Below are positions 34,649 to 42,841 of a DNA stretch of 42,841 nucleotides, piece after piece; within the stretch, counting starts at the first letter, position 1, and every line of letters begins with the position of its first letter. The notes under the pieces were generated by a model. That model made no database searches. It was not told the origin of the DNA and saw nothing but the letters and a program-made list of their open reading frames with translations. Origin of the DNA: Coniocarpon cinnabarinum (lineage: Eukaryota); the NCBI GenBank assembly GCA_051942205.1, contig JAVECO010000075.1:62001-104841 (forward strand), given 5' to 3'. The position numbers and the translations under genes are program-made.

Positions 34649-35084
34649 GATTTGTTTTTCGTTTCAGCCTGCACTGCTTGTTTTACACCTAAGTCTGATG
34701 CCTTTTTGCAAGTTCTTGTGGCTGCTGTACATAGGCACTAGCGGGGCCATGATAAGGAACTATCGTTGACGTAATGACTCAGGTCGCAAACCCACGAGTA
34801 CAACGACGATAGCCGTTTTACCTAAGAACACTAGAACACTCTGGATTCTCGTGTGGCGAAAACTTTCAGCCTACGGAGACTGACACAGTGAACACGAGTA
34901 TTACGCTAAATAAGAGACCAAGTTCAAAAGACCAGCGATAACCCCTTGCAGCTGATTGTACGCTAATTTGTAGTGCGGCAGGTACTTCCAATCTATAGTC
35001 GCTGACACAATGAATACAAGTACAGTGTTCAGTAAGTGGCTAGGTTCAGAACAACGGCGCTGTCAATGGTCAACTCCTTGAAGA

Positions 35085-36973
35085 TCATGCACGCCCTTTC
35101 TCCTTTTCCGTGTACTTGCGTTCCGAGTCGCCGGCTGGGCCACCGCCATCGCCACCGCCATTGCTATATTTCTGGGCGACTAGCCGCGCTCTCATAAGAT
35201 CATGTTCAGACTCGTCCTGTTTGAGTTTCCTGCAAAGCTTCTCCTGCTTTTCGGGACTGAGGTTCTCAAGATCGACAACTTCTGGCTCTCGGCGTGCGCT
35301 CGAATGTTCTCGACCGGCGAAGAGCGGGTCTAGGTAGCTGAGATCGTGAAGACCCTTCGCTGTAGGCAAGTCTGCATCGACCAAGAACTTCCTGAGGCCC
35401 TCAATCGTATTGGGATGAGCGAGGAGCTCTTCCATCTTGCCCACTTTCATGGAAGCGAAGAGAAAAGAAAGTGCCAGCTCGACCCACATGAGAACATCCT
35501 GTATAGTCTTGCTTGCGTCGCCTCGACGAAACTCAATCGTCTTCAGATCGTGCCGCAGGTTCATGAAATTGAACCCATAGTATCGATGTGGCGATATGAG
35601 TGAGACAACTTTATCCACGATCTCGCAACGGCCGACCGACTTCATTGACGCGATGCGCGACATGCCCGCCCGGCCCAAACGAGGGTTGTCGATCCAATTG
35701 CTGCGAGCATATTCGTTGCTGCGCCGATTGGGGGGCAGTATAGCTTCGAAAGCTGGTTCGAAATGGAGAACAGCTTGAGCGATGTGGATGACATCCGGGA
35801 CCGAAAATCCTCTCAAGATAGATATATGAACGTGGGTACTGCAGCTGTCGTTGCTCGATACAATGTACTTACTGGCCAGAAACCTCCAGGTGGCTCGTAC
35901 TTGCTCTCGTCAGGGCGAGTTAGAATACGCTCTCAGCACTCGCGATATGAGTTTAATGCCCCCTTCTCGAGAATTAGCAAACCAATATCTACTTGTTTAT
36001 ATCGTCACTTTTGTTCAAACCTACACGGTGATTCGCTTGTCGACATCGTCGGATCCTCGTGTAAACACCATTCCGCGTGCTTTTCGGGCATCCCCGCCAT
36101 CAAAGGTCAGCAAAATTGCATCGTACACGATCGTTTTTGGCCGCAGCTTCATCGTCGCGAACGAAGATACAACCTTTATAAAGCACCGGAATGCGATATC
36201 GTTGGCTGGCTGAGCCTTTCATTGAGGTGACACGTATCTGCAGTGTTTTCAGGGAGGTATGAGATCCCCGGGCCTGATTGCGGTTGATTCAATGGAGGAA
36301 TGCCGACTGAGACTCTTAGAATAAAGATAAGCATCTGCTGCTGTGGGATATCCAGGTCCTGTAAGGGGGCCAAGGTACCACAGTGTCCCTTTTTGACTGC
36401 AAGACAATGCTAAAAGGACTAGGAAAACAACTACTCACCTTCGCTTGGAAGCTGTATGTCGTGTATCAGGCTATGCATCAGTTTGTAGTCTCCCGGTAAT
36501 TTTCGTACCTGGCAATAAGTCAATTTGAGCTTTTCCGAAAAGTCACGGCTGAGACTAGGTGCTCACCACCTCATTATGCTGCTTGGCTAAATCACTAGCG
36601 AAGCGACCACGGCTCTTGTCGTGAGCCGAGGTAATCGTGATTGCAACAAAAACTCTGTTTCTATACCAATGCCTACACCATCTTCTGGTGGCGGCGTTGC
36701 GTTCCTATATACCCCTACCCGAGGGCGATGAGTAGAAGCGATTTCAGGCAGTGGAGGTGCTGGTGGTGCTTGTTGACGGAAGCCTTGGCCTCCTCGGACT
36801 GGTGCCGACTGCTTCTTATGTTGTTGTTTGCGCCCAGACTTGCGATCTGTGCTTTTAGCCTTTCTGGAAAAAGGCCGGAGCGGAATGGCGTCGTGATGAC
36901 TGGGTCTGTCGTTGTCACTGTCACCCTTACCAAAACACGTTTTTTTGAGATGGTACCAGAAGTTGTGCCGCAA
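35085..36973 (-). pseudogene. Putative amidoligase (Amidoligase_2 / COOH-NH2 ligase-like) gene, disrupted
   Basis: Motifs GIGIETEF, WCLHEDPT, WGI(K)LIS, SCSTHVHIS, HFEPAFEAILP..RR.N.YARSN and RYYGFNF.NL...KTIEFR. Lesions: no ATG in the N-terminal ORF (TTG at 36973), an apparent frameshift near 36600-36640 and an in-frame TGA at 35910-35912. The middle exon structure (36070-36440) is unresolved. Confidence 0.8.
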
Positions 36974-38115
36974 TTGCTACCGCGCAAATAGAACACTGTG
37001 AACTAAATTTTTGGGATTTTGTCAAGATTTTTGATTCCAAAGCCAATTTTTGAGTGGATGAGGTGTGTGCTTCTACTCGAGCAATGAGAGTAGAACAGAG
37101 AGGCGTACGTAGGATGCTTACAGAATCTTGCTGCGCAACGTCCTGACTTATGAGACTAAGCCTTGGACTCTAATGCAAGAACGCTTCGGGTTAGGTATAT
37201 AGTGGAAACTCGCAAGTGAAGAGACAGTGAGAGAAAACGTGATGGAGTTGGAGGCTTGTGAAAGTCTTTACACTGAGTCCATCGAGAAACGGAAGATAAG
37301 AGATGGCCCTACGGCCTGTATACACGACTTCTCAAGCGCTCTATCCTTCAGGCGTTTGAACAACTTGCTTGCTTCCCAGAATAGATGTGAAATCGTCAAG
37401 TCAGCTTAGGGGCTGTCGGACTTGGTGTAATGTTTCGCGGCCTCTGTACCCTGTTTCTGAAATTGTACGGAACGCAGGCATTCCCAGTCCACTTACGCTG
37501 CTCATTAAGCCACGTGACCAGGACCTTTGATGCACATACTCCAGGCAACAAGCACTGGATGTGCAGCATGTTTCCAAGAGACCACGTCTTGCGCCAATGA
37601 ATACAGGTGTCATTGTACAGACGATAACGCAGAAGGACGTAGCGGACATCCCGTCAGGCAACGTGTGGAAAGTCTTCGCGCATGGCTGAGTTCCTCTGAG
37701 CCGGAGCAATTTCAGCGAATCAGCATGATGTCACACTTGTCGCGCTTGAGCTGTGACGAAGAGCTATGGTGAAGACGCACGCTTGGTCTCTTTTCCGGTT
37801 TGTATATCTCACGGCGCTGCCTTGTATATATAAGTTTGCTGTGGGTCCAGCTTCTTACTACTGTGACCGAGCCTTGATTGACATTTGTTTCTGCTGGCTT
37901 TGTCAGCAGTCTCTCAGGGAACGCACAAGTCCTTTCCCAACAAGGCGACGTTCTCGCTGCCTTGCCACGTGTAACTCAAACTCTGGCAGCATCATACGTA
38001 GCACTTTACCCTTCATCTGCTCTTCATCTGCTGCAAGTAAGACTCATACTATCTTTGCGACAGCGACATTCTGTTGTCGATGTTTGTTAGACTGCGAAAC
38101 TTGCGAGCGAGAGGA

Positions 38116-38701
38116 ATGGATAACAGAAGCAAAAGTATACGTATAGTGCCAAGACCTGTGGACCTGAGGCTAACAAACCACAGGCGCTTACTCTTCGAAG
38201 AAATCGTTCATTCGCCGCACTCCCAGCCCACATGAACATCAAGAAAGGCCGGGACGAACATACCTGAACAATCCAACGTTGTACGAGAAAAAATTGATCG
38301 CAGAGCGCGATCACTCAACACCAAACCCAGACCCGAGACCCTCTGACGGGTCCTATGAGCCCCAGTATTTCTTCTTCTACGGAACGTTAACGAATCCTGA
38401 TACACTCGCACACATCGCTGGATTGGATGAAGCTCCTACCTTGCGTAGCGCGCGAATAATTGGTTACAAATTGGGGCGGTGGGGCCAATACAAAGCTCTT
38501 GTGGATGGAGAACCGGGTGCCGTAGTGACGGGCTTTGCGGCCATGATCACAACGAAAGACCAAGAAGACAGGCTCGCATATCACGAAACAAAGGCGTACA
38601 TGATACAATACTGTTTTATTGAGTTTACAGACGGCAGAGAGCCAAAGGACGATTACGGATCCACTTTCATGTATGTTGGTGATCCCAAAGCTATGCATTG
38701 A
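38116..38701 (+). CDS. Gamma-glutamylcyclotransferase (AIG2-like) family protein; intron about 38135-38183; C-terminus possibly truncated by a premature TGA
   Basis: Motifs YFFFYGTL, WGQYKALVDG, VVTG, RLAYHETKAY and TFMY. The ATG at 38116 splices in frame through GCTAAC..CAG 38183. Confidence 0.82.
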
Positions 38702-38972
38702 CGTTTTGATGCCAAGATTTGGGAGCGGCAGACGGACATTCCAGCGTCGAAGGTGAGGCACGTCGTATATCCACATTACTTGAACAAACCTGGGTAACGG
38801 GCAATGTGAAGAGCAATCTCGTGTGCATTGGCGCACCCGATTTGTAAGCTACTAAAGTCACGCACTCTTATCAGTGAGCAGAAATCAAGGGAGGTGCCAA
38901 ACATTGGGCTATTGTATGATGCCAGTGTGATGCTAGTTCCAGTCTATGAACGTACGGAGACAGGCATCTTCT

Positions 38973-39236
38973 TTACATCATCTTGCAGGCCTGGCTCGAG
39001 TAGTGAGGTGGTAGCGTGGGGCAGTTGGTCTTCCAGCAGCGCTTGTCTAAGGTCTGTGCAGGCTGATCCTGGCTCTCCTCTGGAATGCCTGGGATGTTGC
39101 TGTCGGTGATGGGCGCAGGCTCTTGAGAGGTTGCAGTTGGAGTCATCTGGACGGCGGTGGCTTCGATGGGAGTGGCTGTGGCGGAGAGCGCATATGTCGC
39201 AAGCAACACAGCGACGACGGTCTGTTTGGAAGGCAT
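38973..39236 (-). CDS. Small secreted prepro-peptide with a Kex2 (KR) site and a Cys-containing mature peptide
   Basis: Signal peptide (VVAVLLATYALSATA-TP), acidic Thr/Pro-rich pro-region, LDKR, then CWKTNCPTLPPHYSSQACKMM*. Confidence 0.72.
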   Translation of the reverse strand: MPSKQTVVAVLLATYALSATATPIEATAVQMTPTATSQEPAPITDSNIPGIPEESQDQPAQTLDKRCWKTNCPTLPPHYSSQACKMM

Positions 39237-40173
39237 TGCGTTGATTGATTTTGATTACACGAGAGGATTTTGCTGGTTTGGAGATGTGTCAAGAAGTGAC
39301 TGGTCAATCAGAAAGCCACCGGGGCTGGAAAAGCTTGGAATTAGAAGATGATTAATGTGAGTTGATCGAATGATGAATAATAGTCGAAGAAGTGAACGTA
39401 TTTCTTATATCTTCAATGTGCAAATCGCCTCCAAACTGTCGAATGGTCGACAGTGTTCGCCATCTAACGCAAGCACTACGCACTCTTTGTCCTAACTCGG
39501 CTCGAGAGGGCCATTGTCCAAGTGCAAACAATGTCTTTGTCACTCTTGAGGTAATAACTAGCGTGCTCACTGCTGTCAGAAGCGAAAGCCAGCACGTGAG
39601 TGTTTACGTTGCGGCATGAAATAGCCGAGGAGCCTTACTGTTGGACTTTCAATACGGCGACACGAGGAGTCCGCAGGATAACATCGACTCTATTGAAGAG
39701 TTCGTCGTTTGAGATCTCCTTTGACTACTTCAAAAGGCATCTACAAGCCGACATGCACATGTGAGCCGTGCCTTCTTACCCCGTGCTTACCAAGCGGCGA
39801 TTGCTAAGTTTGTTTTGCCTGTATGCTACCCTCAACGGGCAGTAAAGGCATCCTGAGGGGACTGGTATGAGATCGTGATCAGGCACTCATTGTGCTGAAA
39901 CAGTTCGGTGATTGGTGGCTGGAAATATTCCTGGCCATCAATACGCCAATTGAGTGCATAAGCAAATCGGCACACGGATCACTCGAACGCCAGGGGAGCT
40001 TGCTTATTGAAGAGAGCCTCTGCGGCAACGTCGTCCGAATAAGAACAGATGGAAAACCGTTGTAATTGGGAAATGGGCTTGTTCGCTCCTGTCGATCATC
40101 TGGTCTTGGCTCTGTGGCGTCACTCACCAAAGTTTAGACTTCCATACTTCAAACTCCACAGGATGATCTATAC

Positions 40174-41821
40174 ATGCCTACCTTAGGCGGCAAGGACGCG
40201 CACAATGGCGGCAGCATTGGACTCACGTTGCCTAAAATTGTGAATAGACCCCGACACATGCTCCGATGGATCGTGTATGGCGCTGCAGCTCTGGTGCTCT
40301 TATGGGTTTTACTTGCGCGTCCGGGGAGAGGCAACGTTGCTGTAGCCCCACAGCAGGCATCTTTGTCTCAAGCAGCTAGCGTCTGGTCATGGAAGGACGT
40401 GGAAGAAATTTACGCCTTGTGAGAAGCCACTATGAGACGTAGTGCGGATAGGCGTCGCTAAGTGAAGGTTCAAAGCGGAGACTCGTGGACGACCACCAAC
40501 TTCGATCCAGATGGCCTCCAGCCGCGAGAGGAGAACCCAATGGGTAATCCGGACTTTCCGTGAGTATCCACGTAATCCAATCACTCTTGCGGTGTACGAG
40601 ACTGACCTTTGACAGGACAGATCACGCAGGAAGGTAATAATCCTGAGGAACTCTAGGCGTATTGTTTGCTGACTCTATCCAGGACCCCTGACTGGATGTA
40701 CGAGACGCTCATTCATGGGATGCTCAAGTCATGTATGCTAATTGTTTTAGAGAATATTTGACCGGGGTGTACAATGCATCCTTTGTCAAAACCTTCAATC
40801 TGGCTCGAGGCGCCGCTACAGTCGACCGGGACATTCTCATGCCTGTGTTCCCCTCTACTTGGTGCTTCGACGAGCAGGTATGTATTGTATCACTCAGACG
40901 CTTCTGTCAAAAGATCGTCCTTACTCAACAAAAATGCCTGCAAGCTATCTGGACTTAAACATGCAATTGGAACCGCTGACATCCATGTGCAGGTCAAAGA
41001 TCAGTTCGGAGCCCGCTACACCCAGCATCACGAGACTTCACAAATTCCCGAGAATCGGCTTTTCATCATACTCTTCGGTCTTGTTGATGTCACGTTGCTC
41101 ACGCGCGAAGGCCCAGTGGATGCCGCTGTGATCGAGCGCATCGCGCAGACGTATCAAGCCAATCTAAACCAAGTATGCGACCGCTTGACTTGTATCAACT
41201 CAACGACACCTTACATCGGCAGTGTCAGCCTTCAGAACTCGCTAATTGTGCTGCACAGCTGTATGAGATGGGCGCGCGCAACTTTCTCCTTCTGAACGTC
41301 GCACCCATCGACCGCGCGCCAACACCGGAGTTCCCACTCGCAAGGTTCGATGCAATCGAGAAATTCAACGCGCATCTCGATCGCATTCGACAGGAAATGC
41401 TTACAAAATACTCCTGTACGTCGCTCCTCCTGCTTTTCCCCTCCCTTGTCCTGTACGCCTCTTGGTGGCTAACTATCTGGCTAACCAACCAATCAACCAA
41501 GCCGACCCAACCTTCACCCTCAAACTCTTCGACCTCCACACGCTCCTCATAAAACTCCTCGACGACCCCACTACCCTCCCACAAACCGCACAAATCAAGA
41601 ACACGACAGCAAATTGCTGGGACTACAATCCAGATGTCTTCAACGGCGCCATGGAGCCGATGCAGGCTTGGGACTATCTCGACAAGGAGAAATGCGGCGT
41701 CGCGCGGGATGAGTACTTTTGGGCGAATACGCTGCATGTGACACACCCGGTGCAGGAGGCGATTGCGGGCGCTGTTGTTAGTGAGTGTTTTGGGGCGGCG
41801 ACGATGGGGTTGTGTAAGTAA
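40174..41821 (+). CDS. SGNH/GDSL hydrolase, CE16 acetylesterase-like; exons 40174-40418, 40476-40559, 40616-40633, 40683-40697, 40751-40877, 40993-41172, 41259-41415, 41502-41821
   Basis: The spliced product has AFGDSW, NPMGNP, PDWIEYLT, FNLARGAATVD, LYEMGARNFLLLNVAPIDRAP and YFWANTLH, with an N-terminal signal anchor. All seven introns keep the frame. Confidence 0.88.
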
Positions 41822-42129
41822 TATTTGTTAGTGAAGAATAATGCAAAGGGTATCTTGAGAGCTGATATACAAGCATACTTGCGCGGATGTTCTGCGTGAC
41901 GTGTTCGCGGCACGTGAGTCAGACTTGCTGAATACCTTTAGCACAGTATTTAGTGTCATTTATGAAGGTTCAATGCATAAATTGATAATTAGGAGTCAAG
42001 ATCTATCAAACACTGGAGTACCGGGTGGGCACAATGAAGCTAATCTATAGCAGATTATTCACGAAAACGCCAATATACCTCCTCCCGTGCACCTATCATA
42101 TGCTGCTCACATCATTTTGCGGCTGCATA

Positions 42130-42841
42130 AATAGATTAATATATCTTATACTATATATATATAGACTATTATAGTAACTTAGCGTAAAATAGCTTTTAGT
42201 ACCTTTATAAACCTTTTTTTTAAATTTATAAAAGCTATATAAAAAAGAGACGCCTTAATAGTATAGACTATATAAAGAAAAAAAAAAAAACTAAAAAAAG
42301 CTAGTAAGCTAAGTAAGAAATAGTTATATCTAAATAGCCTTCTATACTTTAAAAATAAAGTATGGATATTTTAATCTTCTACTCTAAGAGTAGAATTACT
42401 ATATAGAAACTATAATATAAAAAAGGTAGATTATATAAGAATTACTACTTAGAACTAATAAGTATATAGTATAATACCTAACTATTAACCTTCTATTAAC
42501 TACTATACTATTTAGTATATATTACTATATATAGTAATTATTACTAATACCTTACTAGACTAGATGCGACGCCTCTATAGAGAACCCTACGCTCGAGTAA
42601 CTAAGAAGACGTAGAGTTGTCCTAGGAATAAGAACCTTTGCTATAGGAGAATATAATAGGGAACAATATAAAGGGATAAAGGTAGTAAGGGCTATAGGGA
42701 AGAGTAACTAGCGTACTACTATAGTAAAGGTTACTTTATCTAATAGTAGTAGTACTATCTAAGAAAGTAAGGTGCGCTATAAACTAGTAAGTAATTAATT
42801 TAGTAGTTTATAACTTATAAGTTAGGTTAATTCTAAATTTA
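42130..42841. repeat. AT-rich RIP-degraded repeat / transposon relic, continuing beyond the window
   Basis: Abrupt drop in GC, abundant TpA (TATA, TAG, CTA) with very few CpA/TpG, and no ORFs. Element family not recognisable. Confidence 0.85.

Noticed and set aside
35910..35954. Rescue of the amidoligase by A-to-I editing (UGA>UGG, AAA>GAA)
   Set aside because: The gene also has a frameshift and no ATG, which editing cannot repair, and UGA is a disfavoured editing context.
38973..39236. Peptide as the alpha-factor ligand of STE2
   Set aside because: It has a single unit with no WC...GQ.C pattern and no repeated Kex2-flanked copies, and it lies about 34 kb from the receptor.
42130..42841. 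Telomere, centromere or a named transposon
   Set aside because: No TTAGGG array, terminal repeat or coding remnant is recognisable in the visible part.

Overview
Eukaryotic window from a filamentous ascomycete (Pezizomycotina), inferred from 50-150 nt GT-AG introns with CTRAY branch sites, Pth11-like genes and a RIP-type AT-rich block at the right end. The left end holds conserved genes: the 3' part of MAF1, ERV41, the STE2 alpha-factor receptor and an aldehyde dehydrogenase. The middle is accessory: a tandem pair of small orphan paralogues, a DUF6594 protein, two F-box-like orphans, a repeat-rich GPI-type wall protein, a GT32 glycosyltransferase with one in-frame TAG, a yellow/MRJP protein, two Pth11-like membrane proteins, a multi-exon secreted protein, a secreted lipase and an MDR oxidoreductase. 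The right end holds a damaged divergent amidoligase / gamma-glutamylcyclotransferase pair beside a Kex2-type Cys-peptide precursor, then a CE16-like SGNH esterase and RIP-degraded repeat DNA from about 42130. All exon models and family calls were made by eye from motifs; no database search was run, and statements about homologues come from recall.
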